Assembly: GCA_027339965.1 (NCBI GenBank) | Contig: DAHWNL010000007.1 | Span: 1 to 40,769 of the forward strand | Direction of reading: 5' to 3' | DNA from: Granulicella sp. | Lineage (GTDB): Bacteria > Acidobacteriota > Terriglobia > Terriglobales > Acidobacteriaceae | DNA length: 40,769 bases | Part shown: in pieces, positions 29,242 to 39,639 of the stretch | How the letters are laid out: every line of letters begins with the position of its first letter | How positions within the stretch are numbered: the first letter of the stretch is position 1 | Program-made: the position numbers and the translations under genes | Notes under the pieces: generated by a model | What the model was told of the DNA's origin: nothing | Seen by the model: only the letters and a program-made list of their open reading frames with translations | Databases searched by the model: none

Positions 29242-31926
29242 ATGAACAAGACAAGAGAAGCGCGGCAGGGCAAGGAACATCTCACCGGCGCCCAGCGGTT
29301 GGCTGGGGGCGTAGGAGCGGCTCTTCTGTTGCTGGCAACCGGCGTGGCAGGGGCCCAGACGGCCAGTGTGCCGCAGGGGCAGCAGGCGGTGGTGCAGGAC
29401 GGCTATGTGCTGCACGAGACGGCGGATCTGGGCGGGCATTTTGTGGCCAAGAACGGCAGCGGGGACATGTATGACACGCTGGTGAACCTGCAGTCCGGGC
29501 CGCGGGTGCTGGGCGAGACCTTCACGCTGCACGCGCTTCCGGGCAGCAAGCATCCGCTGCTGGACGATCTTTCGGCCTTCAGCAACGGCTTTGGTGGGGA
29601 TCCGAACAACTTTGCAAGCCTGAACTTCTCCAAGGGCAAGCTGTACGAGTTCAACGGCCTGTTCCGGCGCGACCGGACGTACTTTGACTACGATCTGCTG
29701 GGCAATCCGCAGATCCCCACCGGGCAGGCGGGGGTTCCCATCGGGGCGGCGACGGCGCCGACGGGGTATCTGCGCTGGCCGGAGGTGACCTACCAGGACT
29801 CGCCCTTCCTGTACAACACGGTTCGCCACATGCTGAATACGGATCTGACCCTGTTTCCGCTCTCCAAGGTGACCATCCGCGTGGCCTACGCGCAGAACAT
29901 CTTTCAGGGGCCGAGCCTGTCGCCGAGCGGCAACTCGGTGGCCGGACAAGAGGTGATTCTGGAGGAGTACCAGCGCAACAGCACGGACGACTTCACGGGG
30001 GCCATTGACTGGAAGCCGGTGGCGGGGACCAAGCTGACCTTTGAGGAGCAGGTGGATCACTACAAGGCCGACTCCTACTTCACCATGGATCCGGCGCTGT
30101 ACACGGTGCAGGAGGGCAACGGCGAGAAGGTGGCTCTGCTGGACAGCTACACGACGGCGTATCCGTATGGCTATAACAGCTCGGGGAGCTTTGCGGCGGC
30201 CAACTGCAACAGCAGCAGCCTGCAGAACAGCGGGCAGATTCTCACCGCCAACCCTGGCGGGGGCCTGCCGATCATCGATCCGGCCTGCAACGTGATCAGC
30301 AGCTACTACCGTTCCCAGCCGTGGCGGGTGATTCTGCCCACGGAGATCTTCCGGCTGCAGAGCACCAGCCTCAAGAACATCCAGATGAACGGCGATCTGC
30401 GTTACACCAACGCGAACATGAATATGCCCAACTACTGGGAGGAGTTCCAGGGTCTGGACGGCAACGAGACCGAGATCCGGTATCAGGGCCATGCCAGCGG
30501 CAAGCGGGAGGTGATCGCGGCCGACTATGGCATCACCTGGGATGCGACCCGGACGATCAGCCTCTCAGACCAGATGACCTTCTCGGACGCGCACCAGCCG
30601 GGAGCGGCGGCGCTGAGCAGCGGAACGCTGGTGAAGACGCCCACCACGGCGGGCGAGGAGACCATCAACCAGATCACCGGGCTGACCACATCGGCGGCGA
30701 CGGGAACGGCCTTTGAGGGTGGACCGACGATCGGCGGCCTGCCGCTGCCGGCCTACTTCGGGCAGCGCTTCCTGATCAACAACGCGACGGTGAACTGGGA
30801 TGCGACGCCGCGGGCCAGCTTCGCGCTGACCTACCGCTACAGCAATCATGTGATCATGCAGAATGAGGGCGGCGGCAACCCGGGCAATGTGCCTCTGGGG
30901 CCGATCACGGCCACCTCGGACCCGACCACCGGGGGGACGGTGACGATCAACGAGAACGGAGGGATCTTCAACGCCTCGCTGCGCCCCTCCGAGAAGTTGA
31001 ACATTGACGGCACGGCCGAGGTCTTCTACTACGACAACGTGTATACGCCGGTGATGCCGCGGCAAGAGCAGCACTATCGGGTGCATTTCTTGTACCGGCC
31101 CAGGGAGTGGGCCAGCGTCACAGCGGCGTATAACGACATGGAGTTGCACAACAACACCAACAACACGGGCCTCTCCACGGCCGGGGCCAGCACCGCCCAC
31201 CCGGTTGAAGTGGGCGGAGTGTATGTGACCATGCCGATCGTTCTGGAGCATGAGGCGCACACCCGGATCGCCAGCCTGGGCATGGACCTGACGCCCAGCC
31301 CGTACTACGGCTTCGACTTCAGCTACGCATTCAACGACGTGTATGTCTCCACCAACGCCTGTGGGGAGGGTGAGGCCGGCTATCTGCAAGGCGGCTCGGT
31401 GCTTCCGGCGATCGCCGATGCGACCGGCTCGCTCTGCTCGCCGATCTCCAAGGGCTTTGGCTCGGACAACATCCTGGTGCCCTACAAGGACTTCGAGAGC
31501 GCGCCGACGGAGTACGGTTCGGCGTCGCTGACGCTGAATCCGACCCCCAAGGTGAACTCGAACCTGGGCTATCGCTTCAGCGACTCCAGCGGCAGCCGGG
31601 CGTTCAGCGATACCGGCGACGTAAATGGCGCGCTGGACTCTCTGTATCAGACACCGTTTGTGAACGTGGCCTGGACGGTTCACCCCGGGCTGATCTGGAA
31701 GGGCGAGTATGACTTCTACGGCTATGGCGAGAGCGATGTGCAGTCGGGAGCCCAGTACTGCAACACCAACACCTCTCCGATCGTCGGGGCCACCTCGGAG
31801 ACCTCGGTTCCGTGCAGCACGATCGCCAACTCCGCGATGAGCCCCGGAGCGCCGCCCTACGGCTTCCTGGCCCCGCGCAACTTCCACACCAATATCCTCA
31901 CCCTGTCCTTGCACTACGAGTTCTAA
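29242..31926 (+). CDS. Large outer-membrane beta-barrel, MtrB/PioB-like porin
   Basis: Signal peptide ...ATGVAGA-Q; amphipathic aromatic strands throughout; C-terminal LSLHYEF beta-signal; directly downstream of the decaheme gene. ATG at 29242 has a GAGG SD (ORF open from 29221). Confidence 0.82.
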   Translation: MNKTREARQGKEHLTGAQRLAGGVGAALLLLATGVAGAQTASVPQGQQAVVQDGYVLHETADLGGHFVAKNGSGDMYDTLVNLQSGPRVLGETFTLHALPGSKHPLLDDLSAFSNGFGGDPNNFASLNFSKGKLYEFNGLFRRDRTYFDYDLLGNPQIPTGQAGVPIGAATAPTGYLRWPEVTYQDSPFLYNTVRHMLNTDLTLFPLSKVTIRVAYAQNIFQGPSLSPSGNSVAGQEVILEEYQRNSTDDFTGAIDWKPVAGTKLTFEEQVDHYKADSYFTMDPALYTVQEGNGEKVALLDSYTTAYPYGYNSSGSFAAANCNSSSLQNSGQILTANPGGGLPIIDPACNVISSYYRSQPWRVILPTEIFRLQSTSLKNIQMNGDLRYTNANMNMPNYWEEFQGLDGNETEIRYQGHASGKREVIAADYGITWDATRTISLSDQMTFSDAHQPGAAALSSGTLVKTPTTAGEETINQITGLTTSAATGTAFEGGPTIGGLPLPAYFGQRFLINNATVNWDATPRASFALTYRYSNHVIMQNEGGGNPGNVPLGPITATSDPTTGGTVTINENGGIFNASLRPSEKLNIDGTAEVFYYDNVYTPVMPRQEQHYRVHFLYRPREWASVTAAYNDMELHNNTNNTGLSTAGASTAHPVEVGGVYVTMPIVLEHEAHTRIASLGMDLTPSPYYGFDFSYAFNDVYVSTNACGEGEAGYLQGGSVLPAIADATGSLCSPISKGFGSDNILVPYKDFESAPTEYGSASLTLNPTPKVNSNLGYRFSDSSGSRAFSDTGDVNGALDSLYQTPFVNVAWTVHPGLIWKGEYDFYGYGESDVQSGAQYCNTNTSPIVGATSETSVPCSTIANSAMSPGAPPYGFLAPRNFHTNILTLSLHYEF

Positions 31927-31955
31927 AGCAGCCGGGCAAAAGACAGCAGAACTCC

Positions 31956-32001
31956 ATGGCAGCCGCTACCCCGGCGCATCTCTCGGCGTAGCGGCTGCCA
32001 T
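31956..32001. terminator. Terminator hairpin between convergent genes
   Basis: ATGGCAGCCGCTAC (31956-31969) and GTAGCGGCTGCCAT (31988-32001) form a perfect 14-bp IR, followed by TTGCCTTT. Confidence 0.7.
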
Positions 32002-32030
32002 TTGCCTTTGGGCAGTGGGTAGAGAAGGCA

Positions 32031-33860
32031 CTAACTGGTAAGGATCTCCTCTTCAAGAGACTGCTTCTCGAAGAGGTCGGTGTAGTAGCCGCCGCGGGCC
32101 AGGAGTTCTTCATGGGTGCCCAACTCGGTGATGCGGCCTTTGATCAGCACTGCGATGCGGTCCGCATTGCGGGCTGTCGATAGGCGGTGAGCGATCAGGA
32201 GGGTGGTTCGACCCTGCATCAGCTTTTGGAGGCCGGAGAGAATTCGTTCTTCGGTGTAGGTATCGACGCTGGAGAGAGAGTCGTCCAGGATCAGGATGGG
32301 CGGGTTGGCGAGGATGGCGCGGGCTATGGCTGTGCGCTGCTTCTGGCCGCCGGAGAGCGTGATGCCGCGCTCGCCAACGATGGTGCGGAAGCCGCTCGGA
32401 GTTTCCAGAATCTCATCGGCGATCTGGGCGATGCGGGCCGCAGCCTCCACCCGCTGCTCCAGCGCTGCCTCCTGGCCGGCCAGTACCGGAACGCCGAAGG
32501 CGATGTTATTGGCAATGCTGGTGGAGAAGAGGAACGTCTCCTGGGGAACGAAGCCGATGGCGGCGCGGAGCATGTGCAGGGGGTACTCGCGCAGGGGGCG
32601 GCCGTCCAGCGTAATGGCGTTGCGGAATAGGTGGGGAGGGTCGTAGAGGCGGGGAATCAGAGAGACCAGCGTCGATTTCCCACTGCCCGTGGGACCGACG
32701 ATGGCCAGTGAGGAACCTGCGGGTATCTCCAGCGTGATGTCATGCAGGACCTCCGGCCCGGTAGGGTAGGCAAAGTGAAGGTGATGGAATGCGATGTGGC
32801 CGGCGATGGGAGGCGGGCAGCTTTCCGCGTGCTTTTCTCCGCCCCGAGTGGTCAGTTTGGCGGTGCTCCGCAGTAGGACGGGATCCGCATAAGTGTCGTC
32901 GATGCTTGGCTGCTCCGTCATCAATTCATTGATGCGGATGACCGAGGCAGTGCCGCGCTGCACGATGTTGACCACCCAGCCAATGGCGATCATGGGCCAG
33001 GTGAGTTGGACCATGAAGACCATGTAAGTTGTGAATTGGCCAACATTGATGCGGTGCAGAACGACCTCATGACCACCGACCAGAAGGCTGACCACCAGAG
33101 AGAGGCCGAGCACCAGTTCGAGGGTTGGCCAGAGCATGGCCATCAGCCGGGCCAGCAACAGGCTGCGGCGGATGTACTCCTGATTGGAGGCCTCGAAGGT
33201 GTCAATCTGCGCATCCTCCTGGGCGAAGGCGCGGATCAGGCGCGCTGCGGAGAAGCTCTCCTCAGCCTGGGCGGTGATATCCGAGAACATGGCCTGAATG
33301 CGTTCGAAACGGGTGTGGATGCGGGCTCCGAAGTACTGCACCAGCACCGAAGCGAAGGGGAGCGGCAGGAAGGCAAACAAAGTCAACCGCGGCGAGATGC
33401 GCAGCATGAACGGTAGCGCCAAGGCCGTAAAGACGATGGTGTTTGCCGAGTACATGATGGCCGGTCCCAGCAACTGCCGAACCGCGCTCAGGTCATTGGT
33501 GGTGCGCGCCATGATGTCGCCGGTGCGATGGCGCTGAAAGAACTCGGCCGGTTGCCGGCAAAGATGCGAGAAGATGTCATTGCGGAGATCGAACTCGATC
33601 TCACGGGAGGCGCCGATGATGATCCGGCGGGTGAGATAGAGCGCGACCGCGGCCAGCAAGGCGATGGCGACGAGGCGGAGGGCGACGTGTTCCACTCTGG
33701 ACGCCGAGAGGTTGCGCTCGATGTCATTCATGGCTCCGCCAATGAGCAGCGGAATCATTGCCTTGGAGGTGTTGTAGACGATCAGAGCCAGGCCGCCGGC
33801 AAGCAGATTCCTCCAGTAGCGGCGGAGATAGGGAAACAGCGGCTTCACGCGGGAGAACAT
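32031..33860 (-). CDS. ABC exporter, fused TMD-NBD half transporter (MdlA/YheI-like)
   Basis: Six TM helices; Walker A GPTGSGKS; LSGGQKQR; Walker B ILILDDS; IAHR. Confidence 0.93.
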   Translation of the reverse strand: MFSRVKPLFPYLRRYWRNLLAGGLALIVYNTSKAMIPLLIGGAMNDIERNLSASRVEHVALRLVAIALLAAVALYLTRRIIIGASREIEFDLRNDIFSHLCRQPAEFFQRHRTGDIMARTTNDLSAVRQLLGPAIMYSANTIVFTALALPFMLRISPRLTLFAFLPLPFASVLVQYFGARIHTRFERIQAMFSDITAQAEESFSAARLIRAFAQEDAQIDTFEASNQEYIRRSLLLARLMAMLWPTLELVLGLSLVVSLLVGGHEVVLHRINVGQFTTYMVFMVQLTWPMIAIGWVVNIVQRGTASVIRINELMTEQPSIDDTYADPVLLRSTAKLTTRGGEKHAESCPPPIAGHIAFHHLHFAYPTGPEVLHDITLEIPAGSSLAIVGPTGSGKSTLVSLIPRLYDPPHLFRNAITLDGRPLREYPLHMLRAAIGFVPQETFLFSTSIANNIAFGVPVLAGQEAALEQRVEAAARIAQIADEILETPSGFRTIVGERGITLSGGQKQRTAIARAILANPPILILDDSLSSVDTYTEERILSGLQKLMQGRTTLLIAHRLSTARNADRIAVLIKGRITELGTHEELLARGGYYTDLFEKQSLEEEILTS

Positions 33861-33974
33861 AAAGAAAAAAAAGGTGGAGAGTAGAGTGTCGAGAAGGAGG
33901 GCCTGGATTTCTACAAGCCCGCAATTACGAGTCCGGCTGTTCTCTCTACACTCTACACTCGATTCCCCTGCGAC

Positions 33975-34730
33975 TTACTTGGAGGCCTGCGGATTGGCAG
34001 ACTGGGAGGTGGCGGGCTTTGCCGGGTTGGCTGGCTGTGCCGGAGTGGCCGGCTTGGGAGCAGGCTGTGCCGGCGCGGAGCGGCGGAAGGGCACTGTGGG
34101 CTTGGGCATCTCGTCGCTCTGGCCGATGAGTTGTACATCGAACACCAGTTCCGCTTTGGCTGGAATGATGGGTGGGCGGCCGGTCTCGCCATAGGCAAGC
34201 TGGTAGGGGATGTACAGACGGCGCTTGCCGCCTACGCGCATGCCTTCAAAGCCAGTGTCCCAGCCTTGGATCACGCGGTGCCGGCCATAGGGGAAGGTGA
34301 TGGGTTGGCCGCGGTCCACGGAGGAGTCAAACTTCTTGCCGTCGGCCAGATAACCCGTATAGTGCACGGTGAGAAACTTGCCACTCTGGGCCACCGGACC
34401 GGTTCCTACCTGAGTGTCAACATAGATGAGCGAGTAAGTGGATTTTTGTCCAGAGAGATCCTCACGCAGGTCTTTACTGAGCAGAGGTGAAGCATAGTCC
34501 AGATGGGTGTCCGGAATGTGGGTGAGAGTATAGAGGATGCGTGGGCAGGGCGCATTTGCCGGCAGCGCTGGGATTTTGGGCGAGACCGGCGGTGGAGCAA
34601 CGCAGCCGGGGGCGTGAGTGCTGCGCACGGTGGTATGGTGAACGGCGTGGCTGGTGGAGGTTTGCGCTCCCAGGGGGAGCGCAGCCAGCGCCATGACAAG
34701 CGTGCAAAAAGGGTGGCTTGAAATTCTCAT
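33975..34730 (-). CDS. Exported FKBP-type peptidyl-prolyl cis-trans isomerase
   Basis: Signal peptide; VHYTGYL...KFDSS...VIQGWD...GMRVGGKRRLYIPYQLAYG. Confidence 0.93.
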   Translation of the reverse strand: MRISSHPFCTLVMALAALPLGAQTSTSHAVHHTTVRSTHAPGCVAPPPVSPKIPALPANAPCPRILYTLTHIPDTHLDYASPLLSKDLREDLSGQKSTYSLIYVDTQVGTGPVAQSGKFLTVHYTGYLADGKKFDSSVDRGQPITFPYGRHRVIQGWDTGFEGMRVGGKRRLYIPYQLAYGETGRPPIIPAKAELVFDVQLIGQSDEMPKPTVPFRRSAPAQPAPKPATPAQPANPAKPATSQSANPQASK

Positions 34731-34787
34731 ATCGGCTTTAGTGTAGCCGATCGAGTGTTGGCCGGGGAGTTGGTTGGGGAACGGGCA

Positions 34788-37172
34788 TCATGTGGGGGTA
34801 CGGAGCAGAAGGTACGCTCCGGCGATGGCGAAGAGCATATCCGGGGACCATGCGGCCAGGATCGCCGGAAGCGAGTTGACGTCACCCAGATTCTCGAAGA
34901 TGCCGGCGATGACCCAGTAGCAGATGGCGACCCCGATCGCCGTGCCGATGCCGGCGATGCCGCCCCGCTTGCCGGCGAAGAGCGAGAACGGAATGGCGAG
35001 GATGGCAAGCACTAGCGTCATGAGCGGATAGGCCAGCTTGCGGTTGAGTTGAACCCGGAGACGCATGGTGTCAAAGCCGCTCTGTTCAAGGTCGCGTATG
35101 TAACGGGAGAGTTCGGTGAAGGACATCTCCTGGGATTGGAGCTCTTCCTTCTTGAAGTAGCTGGGTTGCTCGTGGATCTCCGGAAACGTGGCCAGCGTGA
35201 AGGGCTGGTAGCCAGTGATGGATTCGCCCGCGAAGGTGCGCTGCCAGCCATCTTCAAAGACCCACTGGTTGAGCTTGTCGTCCCAGCGAACACTGCGCGC
35301 AAAGATGCGGCGGGTGAGATTGAAAGTTCCGGGCTGGAACTCAAAGACCGTGAGGTTGTCAAAGATGTTCCGGTCAGGATCGAAGAACTGATAATAGAAG
35401 ATGCGGGTCGGCTGCATCTGCCCGCCTTTGGAGTCGGTGGTGTCGCCAGACATCCATTTGCGATCCGGACGAAGAAATGTCTGCGCCGGCTTCCCCTTGA
35501 TCTGAGACAGCAGCGCCTCTTGCCGGCGGTTGGCCACGGGCAGATAAGTTTCATCAAAGACGAACAAAAGAGCGGAGAGCAGCGTGGCGACCACCAGCAT
35601 GGGGGCGACGATGCGGTAGAGGCTGACGCCGGCCGACTTCATCGCCGTGAGTTCGCTGTTGCGGTTGAGCGCCCCAAAGGTGATCAGCACCGCGACCAGA
35701 GAGCAGAGCGGAAGCACGGAGTTGATGATGAAGGGAATCAGGTTGATCAGATAGTCGCCCACCACGGAGAGCGGGGTACGGTAGCGGAGGATGTCGCCGA
35801 TCAACTCGAAGAAGGTGAAGATGATGAAGAGAAGAATCAGGGTGAGCAGAACCAGGAGGAAGTTGCGCAGGAAACTTCCCATCACGTACTCATCCAGAAT
35901 CAAGGGGAAGTGAATGCCGAAGATGCGGCGGAGGCGCTGCATGAAAGCACCCTCTCCATCCGCATGGGGACCGCTGCCGGCAGCGCGGGGCTGAGGACGA
36001 TTGCGCAGGCGATCGAAGAGCCGGGTGAGGTTTCTGCCGATGCTAGCGAATGTTTCCAGCACGGCGCCGCCACGGGAGATTTGCTGCAGCAGCACGACTC
36101 CGGCAACGGCAAAGAGGATGTTGGCGCTCCACACGCCGAGAGCCGGCGAAAGCTTGTCCTGACGCGCCATGGCGATGCCCATCGAGGAGAGGAAGTAATA
36201 GATGAAGACCAGACCCAGCGTGGCGACGAAACCAGCGCCCTTGCCTCCGCGTTTGGAGGAGAGTCCCAGAGGAACACCGACGAGCATCAGGACCAGGCAG
36301 GCGGTGGGGAAGGCGAAGCGGTAGTTGAGCTCGATCCGGTACGGTCGCGAAGCGTCGCCTGGGGCCTGGGCCAGGGTCCACAGGTCACGCGTATTCAGGG
36401 AGTGCATGGGAGTGTCGCGACGGCTCAGGTGAGACCCTTCCTCCTGAGGAGTGGTCTGCATGGGTAGTTCGGTGCTGATGAAGGTGGAGATATCGTACTG
36501 GCCAGGATTGGAGAGCGAGATATCATGGCGGCTGCCGTTGGAGAGCTCCAGGCGAAGGGTCTGGGGGCCTCCGCTGAGAACCGTGGCGCTGTTGGCGGTG
36601 ATGATGTGGGGGTTGGCCGGCTTGCTCAGGTCAGCCAGGAAGACGTGACGCCAGATGGCGGTGCCGTTGGCTCCCGGGATGACGTCCTGAGCGTAAAGAA
36701 CGTAGTTCTTGAAGTCTTCATAAAACACCCGCGGCTGAACCTCGACTGTGGCCTGGCTGGTCTTGCTGGCGCTCTCGTACGCCAGCAGAGCGCTTGCGGC
36801 CCGGGGCGCCACGTAGAGCGAGTTGGCCATGCCGATCATCCAGAAGACGATGGCGAAGAGGCTGACGATGCGGACAAAGGAGAGCACCCCCACGCCGGAG
36901 GCGCGCATGGCGGTGACTTCACTGTCGGCGGCCAGGCGGCTCAAGCCCAGAAGGATGCCGACCAGCACTGCCATGGGAATGGTAAAGGAGAAGAAGCCCG
37001 GCAGCAGATACCCGATCAGGCGGAGGACATCCATGGGCGAGGCGACGCCGCGCACCGTGAGTTCCATGAGCGGCAGCAGGTAGCGCATGAAGAGAATAAA
37101 AGTGAACAGAACCCCGCCAAGCAGGGCGTAGCCGGTGATCTCGCGGAGGATATAGCGGGTGAAGATGCGCAC
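34788..37172 (-). CDS. Fused LPS export ABC permease LptF-LptG
   Basis: 794 aa with two YjgP/YjgQ repeats: RIFTRYILRE...SEVTAMRASG and ILDEYVMGSF...SELTAMKSAGVS...AAWSP. Confidence 0.9.
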   Translation of the reverse strand: MRIFTRYILREITGYALLGGVLFTFILFMRYLLPLMELTVRGVASPMDVLRLIGYLLPGFFSFTIPMAVLVGILLGLSRLAADSEVTAMRASGVGVLSFVRIVSLFAIVFWMIGMANSLYVAPRAASALLAYESASKTSQATVEVQPRVFYEDFKNYVLYAQDVIPGANGTAIWRHVFLADLSKPANPHIITANSATVLSGGPQTLRLELSNGSRHDISLSNPGQYDISTFISTELPMQTTPQEEGSHLSRRDTPMHSLNTRDLWTLAQAPGDASRPYRIELNYRFAFPTACLVLMLVGVPLGLSSKRGGKGAGFVATLGLVFIYYFLSSMGIAMARQDKLSPALGVWSANILFAVAGVVLLQQISRGGAVLETFASIGRNLTRLFDRLRNRPQPRAAGSGPHADGEGAFMQRLRRIFGIHFPLILDEYVMGSFLRNFLLVLLTLILLFIIFTFFELIGDILRYRTPLSVVGDYLINLIPFIINSVLPLCSLVAVLITFGALNRNSELTAMKSAGVSLYRIVAPMLVVATLLSALLFVFDETYLPVANRRQEALLSQIKGKPAQTFLRPDRKWMSGDTTDSKGGQMQPTRIFYYQFFDPDRNIFDNLTVFEFQPGTFNLTRRIFARSVRWDDKLNQWVFEDGWQRTFAGESITGYQPFTLATFPEIHEQPSYFKKEELQSQEMSFTELSRYIRDLEQSGFDTMRLRVQLNRKLAYPLMTLVLAILAIPFSLFAGKRGGIAGIGTAIGVAICYWVIAGIFENLGDVNSLPAILAAWSPDMLFAIAGAYLLLRTPT

Positions 37173-37251
37173 GTTGAATCCGCCGACGGCGGTGGTTCAA
37201 GTGTATCGCGCGGAAGCTAGGGCCCAGAGGACAGGCCGGGCTGGAACGGCG

Positions 37252-39639
37252 TCAGGCCTTGGGCAAAGATCGCAGGCGCAGTGAGTTGGTGAGCACGCTG
37301 ACCGAGCTGAGGGCCATGGCGGCGCTGGCGAGGATCGGGCTGAGCTGGATGTGAAAGTGCGGGTAAAGTACGCCGGCCGCCAAAGGGATTCCGATCAGGT
37401 TGTAGACCATGGCCCAGCCCAGATTCTGGCGCATGATCCTGACCGTGCGGCGGCTGATGCGAATGGCGAGCGGGACCAGACCGAGATCATGGTGCAGCAG
37501 AAGGATGTCGCCGGCTTCGCGAGCCAGATCGGATCCGGAAGCCATGGCCAGGCCGGCATTGGCCTGGGCCAGCGCCGCCGCGTCGTTGATGCCGTCGCCG
37601 ACCATGGCTACCCTGTGGCCGGCGGATTGAAGCGCGCCGATCACGGTGAGCTTGTCGGCCGGGAGCAGATGGGAGTGGACGTCGGTGATTCCCGCCTGCT
37701 GCGCGAGCGCGTTGGCTGAAGCGGCCACATCGCCGGTCAGCAGCAGAGGGTGTATGTGCAGGCTGTCGAGCTGCGCTATGGCCGTGCTTGCGCTGGGACG
37801 GAGTTCGTCGGTGGCGAAGAAGACCGCTTGCGGGATGTCATCGAGAAGCAGATAGAGAGGTGTGGCGTTGGGCAGATCGCTCGGGGGCCGAAGCTCAGTG
37901 GCCGTGTGGCCCTGCAATTCAGCGGAAGGGAGCAGAGCTGCATTGCCCAGAGCCAGGTGATGGGTCTCGCCATTGGCCAGCGAGATCGTGGCGGTGATCC
38001 CGGTTCCGGGAAGCGTGAGGTGGTCCGAGATGGTGGGTACGGATGGATGGCCTGAGAGTCCCAGGGTTGGGTCGGCGGAGTGAACGTACTGGACCACCGC
38101 TTGCGCCAGCGGGTGAGTGGAGAGGCGCTCGGCGGCCTCAGCGCATGCCAGAAGCGTGGATGCGTCCAGAATGGTTGCAGGGGACAAAACGAAGGCGGCG
38201 ATGCGGGGGCGTCCCTCTGTAAGGGTGCCGGTTTTGTCCAGGGCGACGGTATCCACTTCGGCGAGCCGCTCCAGGGCCTCGCCCCCCTTGATGAGCAGAC
38301 CGGACTGGGCGGCCCTGCCTAGGGAAACTGTGATCGCGGCCGGGACGGCCAGCCCCATGGCGCAAGGGCAGGCGATGATGAGAACCGATATCGCGATGGA
38401 GAGGGCTCGGCCATAACCTTCGTGGTGGCCTCCGCTGTTCAGGGCAACCGACCAGAATAGAAAGGTAAGGGCGGAGAGAGTGAGGACCGTGGGGACGAAG
38501 ATGGCGCTGGCCCGGTCGGCCAGACGTTGCAAGGGAGCGCGGCTGGACTGCGCCTGCTCCAATAGGCACCGCATCTGGGCCAGCGTCGAGTCTTGCCCAA
38601 CAGCTGTCGCCTGAATCACGAGCGGCCCATCCAGGTTGAGGGTGCCGCCGGAGACGTGATCTCCGATGCAGCGGGTGACCGGCAGAGGCTCTCCGGTGAG
38701 CATGGATTCGTCAACCGAGCTGCGGCCATCCACGATGAGGCCGTCGAGCGGGATTCGGTCTCCTGGCAGAACCCGGATCAGATCGTTGGGGACGATGGCG
38801 GAGAGTGGAAGGATGGTTTCCGAAAGTCGGCTGTAGTCAATAGGGGCAGAGGCTTCGCCAGGAGCGTTACCGGCGGGAAGGTCGAGCAGGCGGGCGTCTG
38901 CGGATTCCAATTGGGCAAAGCTGCGCAGGGCGCTGGTGGCCCGGGCTCGGGCTCTGGCCTCCAGCCAGCGGCCAAGGAGTAGAAAGGCGAGGATGAAGAT
39001 CACCGCTTCGTAGTAGATCTCAGAGGAGAGCCCGTGGCGGAAGCAATAGGCAGGAGCGATGGTAGCGGCAAATGAGGCCGTGAAGGCGGCCAGCGTGCCC
39101 AAGGCTACCAGGGTGTTCATGTTGGTGGCGCCATGCCGTGTGGCTCGCCAGGCAGCGGCATAGATCTCCGGGGCAGCGAAGAGCATGGTCGCGAGCGACA
39201 GCATGCAGAGGACCCAGCGGATGGGTTGCGCCGGCGGGTGCGCCCACGCAGGGAGAGCGCCGGAATTCGAGACCAGCATCGACAGGGCCATGGCGACGCT
39301 GCCCGCAATCAGAGCGAGGGTGGCGCGCAGGCCAAGAGAGCGGATCCCGGAGTCTTCTCCGTCGTCATCGGCGGAGGAACTCTCTTTTGCCGAATCAAGC
39401 GACGAGTGAACCTGGGTCTGCCCGGGGTCGGAGGGCAGAGAGGCGCTATAGCCAGAGTTTCGCACCGCAGTGATGAGAGCCTCCGCTTCGATGGGTGCCT
39501 CGGAGGAGACCTGGGCGGTATGCGCCATCAGATTGACGCTGGCGTATCGGACGCCCGGAACTGCCTGTAGCGCCTTCTGTACGTGAATCTGACAAGAGGC
39601 GCAGGTCATGCCCTGGATGCGGAGGATCTGGTCACTCAT
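37252..39639 (-). CDS. copA: Cu(I)-transporting P1B-type ATPase
   Basis: N-terminal GMTCASC; TGEP, CPC, DKTGTLT, HP, GDGINDA, YN, MALSS. Confidence 0.92.
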   Translation of the reverse strand: MSDQILRIQGMTCASCQIHVQKALQAVPGVRYASVNLMAHTAQVSSEAPIEAEALITAVRNSGYSASLPSDPGQTQVHSSLDSAKESSSADDDGEDSGIRSLGLRATLALIAGSVAMALSMLVSNSGALPAWAHPPAQPIRWVLCMLSLATMLFAAPEIYAAAWRATRHGATNMNTLVALGTLAAFTASFAATIAPAYCFRHGLSSEIYYEAVIFILAFLLLGRWLEARARARATSALRSFAQLESADARLLDLPAGNAPGEASAPIDYSRLSETILPLSAIVPNDLIRVLPGDRIPLDGLIVDGRSSVDESMLTGEPLPVTRCIGDHVSGGTLNLDGPLVIQATAVGQDSTLAQMRCLLEQAQSSRAPLQRLADRASAIFVPTVLTLSALTFLFWSVALNSGGHHEGYGRALSIAISVLIIACPCAMGLAVPAAITVSLGRAAQSGLLIKGGEALERLAEVDTVALDKTGTLTEGRPRIAAFVLSPATILDASTLLACAEAAERLSTHPLAQAVVQYVHSADPTLGLSGHPSVPTISDHLTLPGTGITATISLANGETHHLALGNAALLPSAELQGHTATELRPPSDLPNATPLYLLLDDIPQAVFFATDELRPSASTAIAQLDSLHIHPLLLTGDVAASANALAQQAGITDVHSHLLPADKLTVIGALQSAGHRVAMVGDGINDAAALAQANAGLAMASGSDLAREAGDILLLHHDLGLVPLAIRISRRTVRIMRQNLGWAMVYNLIGIPLAAGVLYPHFHIQLSPILASAAMALSSVSVLTNSLRLRSLPKA

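Noticed and set aside
28027..31914. Long minus-strand ORFs over the cytochrome and porin genes
   Set aside because: Shadows of strongly biased + strand genes, with Arg/His/Val-rich non-protein-like composition.
33874..33962. CTACACT heptamer tandem and an imperfect inverted repeat between the FKBP and ABC genes
   Set aside because: Short and imperfect, with no identifiable element; not CRISPR-like.
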